Shown in pieces: positions 36,393 through 48,498 of a stretch of 64,000 bases of DNA. Source of the stretch: Salaquimonas sp. (GTDB lineage Bacteria > Pseudomonadota > Alphaproteobacteria > Rhizobiales > Rhizobiaceae); the NCBI GenBank assembly GCA_022340185.1, contig JAJDOK010000073.1, forward strand, positions 45,049 to 109,048. The letters run 5' to 3'. How positions within the stretch are numbered: the stretch's first letter is position 1; each line of letters starts with the position of its first letter. Both the position numbers and the translations under genes were made by a program. The notes under the pieces were generated by a model. That model made no database searches and was not told where the DNA came from. It saw only the letters and a list, made by a program, of their open reading frames with translations.

Positions 36393-36427
36393 TCAAACTG
36401 CTCCCATTTGAAGATGACCGGCTCTAA
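36393..36427 (-). repeat. right arm of the inverted repeat
   Basis: See the left arm at 36115..36148. Confidence 0.6.
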
Positions 36428-36449
36428 GCAGCACCGCAGACACAGTTTC

Positions 36450-36488
36450 AAAAAGGCCTGGCCGCCGATCAGGCGGCTGGGCCTTTTT
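36450..36488 (+). terminator. rho-independent terminator, better formed on the + strand
   Basis: AAAAAGGCCTGGCCGCC, loop GATCA, GGCGGCTGGGCCTTTTT. The two non-Watson-Crick positions are G-U wobbles on the + RNA but A-C mismatches on the - RNA. Confidence 0.5.
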
Positions 36489-37539
36489 CCTTGGCGGCCC
36501 CTTTATCGGCGAGCCGGGCTTCCATCTCGCTGAGCGCCGCCGCCAGCCTCTCGGGCGCAACCGCAATGTCGGCGGGATGCAGATGCGCGGATTCATCGGG
36601 CGGCTCGCCCGGCACCAGAAAATGCGTGTGGCCCAATGTCGATGCCAGCGAGATGTAGCAATTCGACGGCCCGGCAAGATGGCGCAGTTCGAAAACCACG
36701 CCGCCTTCAGCCATGAACCCCATATTGGTCAGCCCCGCCCCGTGCGGACCAGCGATGATCTGCACTTCGCCCATCAGCCTCGCCTGATCGCGCAGCGTCA
36801 TGCCGTCGAATTCGACGACCTCGAAGCCATGCGCGGCAATGATCGCCAGCAGCGCTTCTTCATTGGCGAGCCGCCGCATGCGCGCATGGCGCCGTGTCAC
36901 ATAGATGCGCCGCCCCTTCGATTTCCGCCTTGCATCGAAGAAACACGACAGCCGTTCGAACACATTTGGCGTGAAGACGGGATGATGAAAACCGTTTTGT
37001 GCGACATGCGACGCCACGATGAGATTTTCCACCCGCACCGGCTGCCTGTCCGGGTCGTAGCGTCGAATCGTGATCTGCGGATAGGCGGCAAGGCTTTCGT
37101 GCACGAAGGGCTGGTCGCAGACCAGCGCAGGCAACAGCAGTTCTCCACCCGAATGCCCGGACAGAAGGGCTTCCAGCCGTGGCAGCGTGTCGCTCATCCA
37201 GTGATAGTAATTGGCGCTCCACCAGTCGCTCACCAGTAGCTTTTCCCCGGCAAGCATGGCGGCGTCCGTCTTCCAGCGCTCGGTCGCCTTTGCAACGCGG
37301 CTCGCCTCGCGCCGGTCGGGCATTTCGCCGGGGGAGAAGGATTCGGGCAGGATGCCGGTCTCGTCGATGATCTGCGAACGTTTTCCCAGCCAGACCTTTT
37401 CGTAGTGGCGCAGATGGACCGGAGGACCCTGATAGCGTTCCGGAAAGCCGATCGCCGCACATTCGACATCGTTGAGATTGACCGGAGCGGCAAGCTCGAC
37501 CGTGTAGCCCTCACTGACAATTTCGCCGCGATTGTTCAT
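36469..37539 (-). CDS. glycosyltransferase family 61 / DUF563 protein
   Basis: WSANYYHWMSDTLPRL motif. ATG 37539 has an upstream GAAGG. The track GTG 37563 is also possible. Confidence 0.7.
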   Translation of the reverse strand: MNNRGEIVSEGYTVELAAPVNLNDVECAAIGFPERYQGPPVHLRHYEKVWLGKRSQIIDETGILPESFSPGEMPDRREASRVAKATERWKTDAAMLAGEKLLVSDWWSANYYHWMSDTLPRLEALLSGHSGGELLLPALVCDQPFVHESLAAYPQITIRRYDPDRQPVRVENLIVASHVAQNGFHHPVFTPNVFERLSCFFDARRKSKGRRIYVTRRHARMRRLANEEALLAIIAAHGFEVVEFDGMTLRDQARLMGEVQIIAGPHGAGLTNMGFMAEGGVVFELRHLAGPSNCYISLASTLGHTHFLVPGEPPDESAHLHPADIAVAPERLAAALSEMEARLADKGAAKEKGPAA

Positions 37540-37720
37540 GACACGACCTTCTGGCGCATCCACCTGTCGCAGGTTTTTTCGAAATTGCCGCTAACCCGCT
37601 GTCGGCAAAAACAATCCTTGCAAATCATGATGTTTCTGCGAATGTCGCAATCAGGACAGTTTCGGCTGCGCGGCATATTTCGCCAGATACGAGCATTACG
37701 CTGTTGAGGTGAGAACGCTC

Positions 37721-38680
37721 ATGGATCAGCGTTCGGTTGTCTTCTTCCTCGTGCCCGATTTTTCCATGATCGCGTTCACGAGCGCCATTGAACCGCTGCG
37801 GCTGGCCAACCGCATGCTGGGTCGCGAATACTACACTTGGCGTTTGGCGTCCATGGATGGCGAACCGGTGACCGCGTCGAACGGCGTCGCCGTCACGGTC
37901 ACTTCCTCGCTCGACAAAGAGCGCCACAACCTCGCCGGTTCGCAGCGCCCATCCATGATGTTCCTGTGCTCGGGCATCAATGTCGAGCGTCACGAAAACA
38001 AGTCGCTGTTCGCCTATCTGCGCGAGACGCGCAATGCCGGCGTCATCGTCGGCGGGCTGTGCACCGCCGCCTATCTGCTCGCCGCCGCCGGCCTGCTGAA
38101 CGGCAAGCGCTGCGCCATCCATTGGGAAAACCTGCCCGGATTTTCAGAGAAATTCCCGACCGCCGATGTCTATGCCGATCTTTACGAGAAGGATGGCAAT
38201 ACCTGGACCTGCGCCGGCGGCACCGCCGCGCTCGACATGATGCTGTCGCTGGTCGGCGAGGACCATGACGAGGAACTGGTCAACCGCGTGTGCGAACAGG
38301 CGCTGACCGACCGCGTCAGAAGCCCGCACGACCGCCAGCGCCTGCCGCTGCGCGCCCGCCTCGGCGTGCAGAACGCCAAGGTGCTGTCGATCATCGAATT
38401 CATGGAAGCCAACATCGCCGAGCCGCTGCCGCTGGTCGATATCGCGCGCTATGTCGGGCTGTCGCGCCGTCAGATCGAGCGCCTGTTCCAGCAGCATATG
38501 GGCCGCTCGCCGGCGCGCTATTATCTGGAAGTCCGTCTCGACCGCGCCCGCCACCTGCTCATGCAGTCGACCATTCCCGTCGTCGATGTGGCGATTGCCT
38601 GCGGCTTCGTCTCCGCCTCGCATTTTTCCAAATGTTATCGCGAGATGTACGGCAAGTCGCCGCTGCAGGAACGCGGCTGA
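37721..38680 (+). CDS. GlxA family (DJ-1/PfpI domain plus AraC HTH) transcriptional regulator, GbdR/CdhR type architecture
   Basis: N-terminal GATase1-like domain and a C-terminal AraC HTH (ARYVGLSRRQIERLF, SASHFSKCYREMYG). ATG 37721 has GAGGTGAG 7 nt upstream. Confidence 0.85.
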   Translation: MDQRSVVFFLVPDFSMIAFTSAIEPLRLANRMLGREYYTWRLASMDGEPVTASNGVAVTVTSSLDKERHNLAGSQRPSMMFLCSGINVERHENKSLFAYLRETRNAGVIVGGLCTAAYLLAAAGLLNGKRCAIHWENLPGFSEKFPTADVYADLYEKDGNTWTCAGGTAALDMMLSLVGEDHDEELVNRVCEQALTDRVRSPHDRQRLPLRARLGVQNAKVLSIIEFMEANIAEPLPLVDIARYVGLSRRQIERLFQQHMGRSPARYYLEVRLDRARHLLMQSTIPVVDVAIACGFVSASHFSKCYREMYGKSPLQERG

Positions 38681-38715
38681 CCTGACATGCGCCAGATCAC
38701 GCTGGCCAAACCGGT

Positions 38716-38946
38716 TCAGTCCTTGTTCTTTCCGTCATGGAAATGCACCGAGCCGTACTGGATACGCGTATCGCCGTTCATTTTGACGCAGGTCTTCGTA
38801 CCGGGGAGATAGTACCAGCCCGCACCATAGGTATCGCAGGGCTTCAGATTCTCCGTCGGCTCGGACTCGACAAAGACCTGATCACTGGCGCGGGCATTGT
38901 TTGCAACGGCAAGCAGAATTGCCGAGGCAAGAAACAGAGACTTCAT
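38716..38946 (-). CDS. 76-aa secreted protein resembling only the N-terminus of rhizobial Porin_2 (RopA/Omp2b-type) porins
   Basis: Signal peptide MKSLFLASAILLAVANNARA, then CDTYGAGWYYLPGTKTCVKMNGDTR, the characteristic porin N-terminal motif. A stop follows after about 55 mature residues. Confidence 0.5.
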   Translation of the reverse strand: MKSLFLASAILLAVANNARASDQVFVESEPTENLKPCDTYGAGWYYLPGTKTCVKMNGDTRIQYGSVHFHDGKNKD

Positions 38947-39076
38947 CTGCACGCCGGACCACTCCCTTGCTTGCGCTCTGCAACAGCCTGCCTTGTCACA
39001 TGGTCGCACAAGGCTGATCGTTCAATCGCGACACAACCACGCAATCGGGGCGATTTCGCGATGAAATTGGACTGGC

Positions 39077-39931
39077 TCAGCGCCATTCGAGATCCTGCAT
39101 GCGCTGCTGCCACAGTTTTTCGCCGATCAGGCAGTCGACCTTGGGCCGGTCGGCAACATTTGTTGTGCGTAGGGTCTGGCTTGCCGGGATTGCCCTCGGT
39201 GCCAGCCTGGCGATCTCCAGCACCATCTTGCGCCGCACGGCGCGCGGGAAACTCTCCCAGTCATAGACGGGAATGACGAAGGCGCCCGTCCCGCCGATCA
39301 CGCAATCGGTGTAGTATTCGTCGAGGTTTTCGATGCCGAAACCGAAGGTCGAGGTCCGTATCATCAGCGGCAGTCCGTTGATGGTAATGCCGTTATTGAC
39401 GAGTTGATCCCGCATTGCCTCGACCGGCATGCCCGAATTGTTCGGACCGTCCCCCGAAACATCGACAACGCGCCGTACCCCCTTCCATGAGGACGTCCCG
39501 AACAGACCCTGCGAATGTTCAAGCGCGTTCGAGATCGAGGTGCGGCTGAGCCGTTCCGGCTTCACTTCCTCCAGCCGCGAGGCGAAGGCATTGGCCGATT
39601 CCCTGCTGTCGATCAGGCTCCACGGAACGATCACGCGCGTGGTGCGGTCGCCGGCCCATTCCATGTAGGTGACCACGATACGCCCCAGACCCCCGCCCAG
39701 AATGGCGGCGATCACTTCGTCGGAACGAAACGCAGCGATGTAGCCGTCGCGCTGGAGAAGCTGTTCCTGGTAGTCCATGGAGCGCGACACGTCGACGGCG
39801 AGAACCAGTTCAAGGTCGACCATCTCCTGTGCTTGCGCGGCATCATTTGGAGCAAAGCCGAAGAAGGCCAGCGCCGCAGCCGCCATCAGCGCCGGCAACC
39901 GGTGGAATCCGCATGCATGCGATCCCTGCAT
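39077..39931 (-). CDS. DUF1194 (vWA-like) secreted protein
   Basis: LVLAVDVSRSMD MIDAS-like motif and VTYMEWAG. Confidence 0.75.
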   Translation of the reverse strand: MQGSHACGFHRLPALMAAAALAFFGFAPNDAAQAQEMVDLELVLAVDVSRSMDYQEQLLQRDGYIAAFRSDEVIAAILGGGLGRIVVTYMEWAGDRTTRVIVPWSLIDSRESANAFASRLEEVKPERLSRTSISNALEHSQGLFGTSSWKGVRRVVDVSGDGPNNSGMPVEAMRDQLVNNGITINGLPLMIRTSTFGFGIENLDEYYTDCVIGGTGAFVIPVYDWESFPRAVRRKMVLEIARLAPRAIPASQTLRTTNVADRPKVDCLIGEKLWQQRMQDLEWR

Positions 39932-40021
39932 GATCTGCTCCTTGATAGACCGAGGATACTACCCCCGCCGCCGGGCGCAATCGGATTCACACCGATGTGA
40001 TCGGATCATGGAACGTTCGGT

Positions 40022-40876
40022 TCACTCTGCGCCGCGCCGCTTGACGATCAGCGCATTGTGGACGGGCGTCTCACCAGCAAACGACAGATCCTCATGTCCG
40101 GCGATCCAGAGCTGCGTCGACCCTCCCCCGTCGAGCGCCAGCGCCGCATCGCAGCCGAAATAGCCGCCTGCACTCGCCTCGCGCATCAACCAGCCGGCCT
40201 CGTAAAGACTCAGTCCGGCACCCTTCACGACGAGGATCAGCGTTTCACCGCTTTTCAATGTGCACAGCAGACTGCGGGGGCGCAGATGTCCCTGATTGGT
40301 GTTCATCGCCCATTTGCCGCCCGGTTCGATCAGCATCGGCTTGGACTGCAGCACATTGCCCGTTGCTTCCGGCACGCCTGCCGAACTCGGCCTGAGCGAA
40401 AGGCGGCCATCCTTGATGACCGCCACGCCGCCCATCAGGTTCCACGCTGGCGAGAAATCCTTGCCGCCGACTCGCAGCAACCCGACGGGAAACAGGCGCT
40501 TGCTTTCCTCGTCCTCGCCGAAGAAACCACCATTGATGGCGATCAAGGCACCTTCTCGTTCGCCGAAGGCATCGACCCGCTCGCCCTTGTCTCCGGTTTG
40601 CACCGCGATGGCGAAGACGAACCGTTCCGGCGGGATACGCAAGGCAACCAGCGACGCGCCGGCCCCGGTTCTGGCCCGCATAACCTCGAAACCTTCTTCG
40701 GTTTCTTCCCATTGCGCGGCTTCGAGGGCCTGGTGAGCGGCAACACTGCGTTCCGGCGCCTCACCGGCGCCGGCTGCAAGGGCGCTGCGGTCTGGTGTGG
40801 AATCGGCTGCTTGGGCCGTTCCGGCACCGCCCATCGCCGCAACAAGGATCACGGCCATCGCCAGCCGCAGAATCAT
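40022..40876 (-). CDS. phosphodiester glycosidase family (DUF2233) secreted protein
   Basis: GGGAGGA lies upstream of ATG 40876. Signal peptide MILRLAMAVILVAAMGGAGTAQA. C-terminal LALDGGGSTQL motif. Confidence 0.7.
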   Translation of the reverse strand: MILRLAMAVILVAAMGGAGTAQAADSTPDRSALAAGAGEAPERSVAAHQALEAAQWEETEEGFEVMRARTGAGASLVALRIPPERFVFAIAVQTGDKGERVDAFGEREGALIAINGGFFGEDEESKRLFPVGLLRVGGKDFSPAWNLMGGVAVIKDGRLSLRPSSAGVPEATGNVLQSKPMLIEPGGKWAMNTNQGHLRPRSLLCTLKSGETLILVVKGAGLSLYEAGWLMREASAGGYFGCDAALALDGGGSTQLWIAGHEDLSFAGETPVHNALIVKRRGAE

Positions 40877-41106
40877 CCGGGATCCTCCCGTTTCACGGCG
40901 ACGGGTCGTCAAAACGCAACGCTGCCATATGTTTCCAACGGTGGTACCCATGCGGCAAGCCATTATAGTGACCGTAACGGTTTGCACACCCCGCCATCGT
41001 GATTCCGCCGCCAGAATCCCGGCACGATGATGCCCGACATGAAGATTGCTCTGCGAAACCTCCACTATCGATCTCTCTCCCACTGTCCAGAAGGGTCGTT
41101 CCGACG

Positions 41107-43812
<2,706 letters not shown>

Positions 43813-43830
43813 GATGGCCGACCGCGCCCA

Positions 43831-46392
43831 TTACGACCGCGGCTTCGCATTCTCCGGGTCGTAGAGCGGCTGATAGCCGATCCCGGCGATCTTCACCGGA
43901 TAGCGCTCGGCGAAATATTCGATCTCGAGCTCCTTGCCCACTTCGCACCATTCATGCGGCAGATAGGCGAGCGCGATGTTCTTGCCGATGGTCGGGCCGT
44001 AGGCGATCGACGTGGTAAAGGATCGCCGGCCTTCACTGTCGACCAGCGTCTCGCCCGTTACCGGGTCGAGCACCGGGCAGATGCCGACGGGATAGCGCGC
44101 CACGCCCGTCGAATCGATATTGTCTTCCATCGTCAGCGTGCACAGCATCGCCGGCTGGTGCGGCCGGGCGCGGTATTCCAGATGCTTCGCCTTGCCGCGG
44201 AAATCGGCTTCCTTCACCTTCGGCCGCGCCAGGTCTGCTTCGTAGAGATTGTACTCGGTCAGCAGATCGGCGTTCTGCAGGCGCAGGCTCTTTTCCATGC
44301 GGCGCGAATTGGCATAGGTCTCGACGCCAAAGGCCATGATTCCGGTCTCGCGCAGCGCGTCCCACACCGCGAGGGCGTCTTCGTAACGCATATGCAGTTC
44401 CCAGCCCTGCTCGCCGACATAGGACAGCCGGAAGGCGGTCACATTCTTGCCGGCGATCCTGACCGGCTTGATCGCCGCGAAGGGGAAATTCTCCGGGTCG
44501 AGGCCGGCCGGGTCCTCGACAACCTTTTTCAGTGTCGCGCGTGCGTTCGGCCCCCAAATGCCGATGGTGACGTATTGGTCTGTGACGTCGGTAACGGTGA
44601 CATCGTAGCCTTTGTCCTCGGCCACGCGCTTCAAGTAGTTGAAATCGCGCGGACCGGCATCGGCGCCGTCGATGACCCGGCAGCGGTCCGCCATGCGGAT
44701 CACGGTCAGATCGGCGCGCACCATGCCCTCGTCGTCGAGAAAGTGGGTATAGATGCCCTTGCCCACCATGTTGTCGCCGCCGATCCTGGCCGCGCACAGC
44801 CATTCCATCAGCGCGACATGGTCGGGGCCTTCGACGTCGTAGATGGCAAAGTGGGAGAGATTGACGATGCCGCAATCTTCGCTCATCGCCAGATGCTCGG
44901 CATTCGATACGCGCCAGAAATGGCGGTTGTCCCACTCGTTCTCGCGCACTGGAACCTTGTTGCCGTACTTTTCCAGCAGATGCTCGTTGGCGGCATAGCC
45001 ATGGGCGCGTTCCCAGCCGCCGAGTTCCATGAAATAGCCGCCCAGTTCCTTCTCGCGCTCGTAGAAGGGCGAGCGGCGGACATTGCGGCCCTTGGAGAAG
45101 GGTTCGCGCGGATGGACCGCCGGATTGTAGATTTTCATCGCCGTCTCGGTGCAGCGATCATGGATGAACTGCTCTTCCGTCTGGTGCGGATAAAAGCGCG
45201 AATAATCGATGGCATGGTGGTCGATATGGGTGCGCCCGTCGGTCATCCAGTCGGCAACGAGCTTCGCCATGCCCGGCGCGTCCTTGACCCAGATCGCCAC
45301 CGCATACCACAGCCCGCGCACCTTCTGGCTCTCGCCGATCGACGACCCGCCATCGGTCGTCACCTGCAGCAGCCCGTTGAAGGAATGACGTTCATTGAAG
45401 CCGAGTTCGCCCAGGATCGGCGTCAGTTCCATGGCCCGCTCCAGCGGCTCCATGATCTGCTCCATGTCGAGATCGCGCTGCGAGGGCGAGATGCGCGCGT
45501 CTTCCTTCTCCAGGATGTCGCGCGGATGGCAAAGACGCGGGCTGGTCTCCTCGTAATAGCCCCACTCGATCTGGCCGCCCTCGGTGGTCTTCGGATCGCC
45601 GGTGTCGCGCATATAGGCCGAATTGCCCTGGTCGCGCATCAGCGGCCAGCCGATCTCCTTGCCAGTGCCCTCAAACTCCCTGTAGGGGCCGAAAAAGGTC
45701 AGCGGATGATCGACGGGCATGACCGGCAGGTCTTCGCCCGCCATCGCCGCGACCAGCCTGCCCCACAGCCCGGTGCACACGATCACGCGGTCGGCATGGA
45801 TCGTGCCGCGCGACGTCACAACGCCCTTGATATGGCCGTCCTCGATGACGAGATCGGTGGCCGAGGTATTGGCGAAGGCCTGGAGCTTGCCGGACGCGAC
45901 CGCCTCGTCGACGAGTTCGCCCGCCACCGTTTGGCTGCGCGGCACGACGAGCCCGGCATCCGGGTCCCACATGCCGCCCTGCACCAGGCTTTCCTCGATC
46001 AGCGGGAACTTCGCCTTGATTTCTTCCGGCCCGACCAGCCGCGCCCGCGTGCCGAACGCCTTGGCCGAGGCGACCTTGCGCCGGATTTCATTCATGCGTC
46101 CGTCATCGCCGACGCGCGCGATCTCGAGCCCGCCAACCTTGGCGTAATGGCCGCGCTTTTCGAAGAAATCGATCGAATAGAGCGTCGTCCAGCAGCTCAG
46201 GAAATCGTGGCTGGTCGCGTAGCAGAAATCCGAGGCATGCGCCGTCGAGCCGATATCGGTCGGGATCGCGCTCTTGTCGATGCCGACGATGTCGTCCCAG
46301 CCGCGTTCGATCAAATGATGGGCGACCGACGCCCCGACAATGCCGCCGGCCCCGACGATGACGACGCGCGCGTGAGAGGGAAATTTCGACAT
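43831..46392 (-). CDS. FAD-dependent dimethylglycine/sarcosine dehydrogenase family protein with a C-terminal GcvT (folate-binding) domain
   Basis: VVIVGAGGIVGASVAHHL dinucleotide fold. About 853 aa, a DAO plus GcvT architecture. The antisense ORF 43954..46410 is rejected. Confidence 0.85.
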   Translation of the reverse strand: MSKFPSHARVVIVGAGGIVGASVAHHLIERGWDDIVGIDKSAIPTDIGSTAHASDFCYATSHDFLSCWTTLYSIDFFEKRGHYAKVGGLEIARVGDDGRMNEIRRKVASAKAFGTRARLVGPEEIKAKFPLIEESLVQGGMWDPDAGLVVPRSQTVAGELVDEAVASGKLQAFANTSATDLVIEDGHIKGVVTSRGTIHADRVIVCTGLWGRLVAAMAGEDLPVMPVDHPLTFFGPYREFEGTGKEIGWPLMRDQGNSAYMRDTGDPKTTEGGQIEWGYYEETSPRLCHPRDILEKEDARISPSQRDLDMEQIMEPLERAMELTPILGELGFNERHSFNGLLQVTTDGGSSIGESQKVRGLWYAVAIWVKDAPGMAKLVADWMTDGRTHIDHHAIDYSRFYPHQTEEQFIHDRCTETAMKIYNPAVHPREPFSKGRNVRRSPFYEREKELGGYFMELGGWERAHGYAANEHLLEKYGNKVPVRENEWDNRHFWRVSNAEHLAMSEDCGIVNLSHFAIYDVEGPDHVALMEWLCAARIGGDNMVGKGIYTHFLDDEGMVRADLTVIRMADRCRVIDGADAGPRDFNYLKRVAEDKGYDVTVTDVTDQYVTIGIWGPNARATLKKVVEDPAGLDPENFPFAAIKPVRIAGKNVTAFRLSYVGEQGWELHMRYEDALAVWDALRETGIMAFGVETYANSRRMEKSLRLQNADLLTEYNLYEADLARPKVKEADFRGKAKHLEYRARPHQPAMLCTLTMEDNIDSTGVARYPVGICPVLDPVTGETLVDSEGRRSFTTSIAYGPTIGKNIALAYLPHEWCEVGKELEIEYFAERYPVKIAGIGYQPLYDPENAKPRS

Positions 46393-46501
46393 GTGTGCCT
46401 CGCCCAATAGAACCCGGAATTCCGTGGCACCTTATGGCGCAAGCCTCAGCGCCGTTATTTCAAGTGCGACACCTTTCGCCGCGCGGAATGGGGATACACT
46501 C

Positions 46502-46819
46502 TCACTCCGCTCGTACCGCCGGTTCCCTGCGCGCCGGCTCGATCTTCGACCATGGGCTGATCTCCAGCCAGCGACCGAGATGGCGGGCAAGCTTTTTCGG
46601 CCCGATTACTTCCAGCCGGTCGGCGTCGATGGCGCGCTCGACCGTGATATCACCGCGCACGAGATGGATCATGTCCGGTAGGGTGCAGGTGAAGTTCGCC
46701 AATATCATCGAGGCCTGTCTGAGCCACAGAACCGAATCGGTGATCATGCTGGCCCGCAAGCCATAGGGATCATGAAGTGACCGCGGCCAACCCTCCCGGG
46801 TCGTGAAGGCTTCGACCAC
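46502..46819 (-). CDS. hypothetical protein (possibly a stand-alone or truncated SCP2-like C-terminal regulator domain)
   Basis: 105-aa ORF. The C-terminal LEVIGPKKLARHLGRWLEISPW resembles the effector domains of some wHTH regulators, but no HTH part is present. Confidence 0.35.
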   Translation of the reverse strand: MVEAFTTREGWPRSLHDPYGLRASMITDSVLWLRQASMILANFTCTLPDMIHLVRGDITVERAIDADRLEVIGPKKLARHLGRWLEISPWSKIEPARREPAVRAE

Positions 46820-46921
46820 AGAAATCCGTTGCTGCTGATGCTCTTAGCTGCCATTTAGGTTGCTCAGCCTGGCCTTTTTTGGCACGGCGTCCGGTGTTTT
46901 ATATATTGCAAGCAAGCGTTT

Positions 46922-47348
46922 ATGGATTTCCGACAAACAATTAGCCTCAGAATTTTTCTGTCCAGGCAGTTTGGCATTTTCGTCGTTGTCGGCCTAGTCG
47001 CGGCCACCGCGCACTGGTTCTATCGCTATTTCCTGAACTTCTATCTTTCCTACGAGGTTTCGCTCTTTCTCGCCTATGGCCTCAGCCTTCTCACGGGTTT
47101 CATCATGACCAAGAAGTTCGTGTTTCCGCTCAGCACGAGGCCAACACACTACCAGGCGAGCTATTTCCTGCTCCTTCCACCTTTCCATGCTTCCCATCGT
47201 TCTGGGCGTCTCCTACGGCCTTTCCGAATTCGTGCTGATATCCTTTCTGCCCGTCGCCGCCGCGCGCGGCTGCGCCCATGCATTTGCCGTGGTGACGCCG
47301 GCATTGCTTAATTTCGTGCTGCAGAAATACATCGCTTTTCAGAGCTAG
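46922..47348 (+). pseudogene. GtrA-family membrane protein gene with an apparent +1 frameshift
   Basis: Frame A (46922-about 47180) gives TM1, TM2 and KKFVF. Frame B (from about 47187 to TAG 47346-47348) gives LPIVLGVSYGLSEFVLISFLP...LLNFVLQKYIAFQS, a typical GtrA C-half. The region has lower GC. Confidence 0.5.
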
Positions 47349-47355
47349 AATCCCT

Positions 47356-48477
47356 TTACCTGCGCAGTGCTTCCTCCACATGCCCCACCGCCAACCCGAT
47401 CCTGTACCCCCCGATCCGCGCACTTAGCCAGTCATGGCCCGGCACCGGTCCCATGAAGGGTTCATGACCGATACCCTTCAGCATGTTTCTGGGCCGCACA
47501 TTGGCCCAGCGTTCGACGATCGGTGCATCGCGCAGTGCCGGCACCAGTTCCAGCGCACGATCGTAAAAGCCCATGTCGCGGGGATCGAAGGCATCGGCCT
47601 GGTCCCAGTCGTCGCGCGCGGTCGAGCCGATGGCGATACGGTTGCCTGTGTGCGGCACGATATAGCTGCCATCCGAACAGACGATCGGCAGATCGTCGCC
47701 GTGAGCAAATTCGACCAGCACCGCCTGTCCCTTGACGCCGCGCCCGATCGGTCCGCCCGGCGCTGACGCCAACTCGCCTATCCAGGGTTGCAGCAGTTCG
47801 TAGGATTGCCAGCCCGCCGCGACGACGATTTCACCGGCGTCCATCGCGCTGCCATCGGCCAGCACCGCCCCACCCTCGTCCAGCCGCACGACTTCCACAC
47901 CCTCGCACAACGTCCCGTTCGCCTCGACGAACGCCTTCAGTGCGGCCAGATAGGCGCGTGGATCGAGCCGCGCCGAAAGATCGTCGTGCTGCGCGCCTGC
48001 TGGTGCTTTGGCTTCGTTCAGCCAGTTCTCCGGAGCCCTGTCGGCAAGTGGTGGCGCGATGCGTTCCAGTCTGAACCGTTCGCCCCAGTTCTCCCGCGCA
48101 CCAACGATCCGCCGCTCGATCTCGGCAATCGAGCTTTCCGCACGGATCGGCATCAGCCGTCCGCAGCGCCGATAGTCGCAATCCATGCCGGTGTCTTCTT
48201 CGAGCGCCGCAACCGCTTCCGGCAGACTTGCCAGCGCCTCGAACTGGAACTGTATTTTGGCGTTCCAGCGGTCCGGCATATGCGGCATCAGCGCGCCGAG
48301 AAACCCGCCCGACGCGCCACCACCGACCTGCCCCCTGTCGACCACCAGCACATTTCTGCCCGCTGAAATCGCATGGCGCGCCGCCCACAGGCCGAAGACG
48401 CCCGCACCGATGATGAGGACATCCGGGGTTTTTTGCGGTTGAATGGCGGGTGCCTGAATAGTGGGCGATTGAATCAT
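47356..48477 (-). CDS. FAD-dependent oxidoreductase (DAO family; MnmC oxidoreductase-domain-like)
   Basis: DVLIIGAGVFGLWAARH dinucleotide fold. It is divergent from mnmD. Alternative start at 48498. Confidence 0.75.
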   Translation of the reverse strand: MIQSPTIQAPAIQPQKTPDVLIIGAGVFGLWAARHAISAGRNVLVVDRGQVGGGASGGFLGALMPHMPDRWNAKIQFQFEALASLPEAVAALEEDTGMDCDYRRCGRLMPIRAESSIAEIERRIVGARENWGERFRLERIAPPLADRAPENWLNEAKAPAGAQHDDLSARLDPRAYLAALKAFVEANGTLCEGVEVVRLDEGGAVLADGSAMDAGEIVVAAGWQSYELLQPWIGELASAPGGPIGRGVKGQAVLVEFAHGDDLPIVCSDGSYIVPHTGNRIAIGSTARDDWDQADAFDPRDMGFYDRALELVPALRDAPIVERWANVRPRNMLKGIGHEPFMGPVPGHDWLSARIGGYRIGLAVGHVEEALRR

Positions 48478-48498
48478 TTTGGCAGGAAATAGCGCCAT

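Noticed and set aside
38716-41083. DUF1194, DUF2233 and the porin fragment as one functional secreted-protein system.
   Set aside because: The three are co-oriented and all carry signal peptides. However, they are separated by 90-130 bp gaps and I know of no functional link. The sequence offers too little support for a claim.
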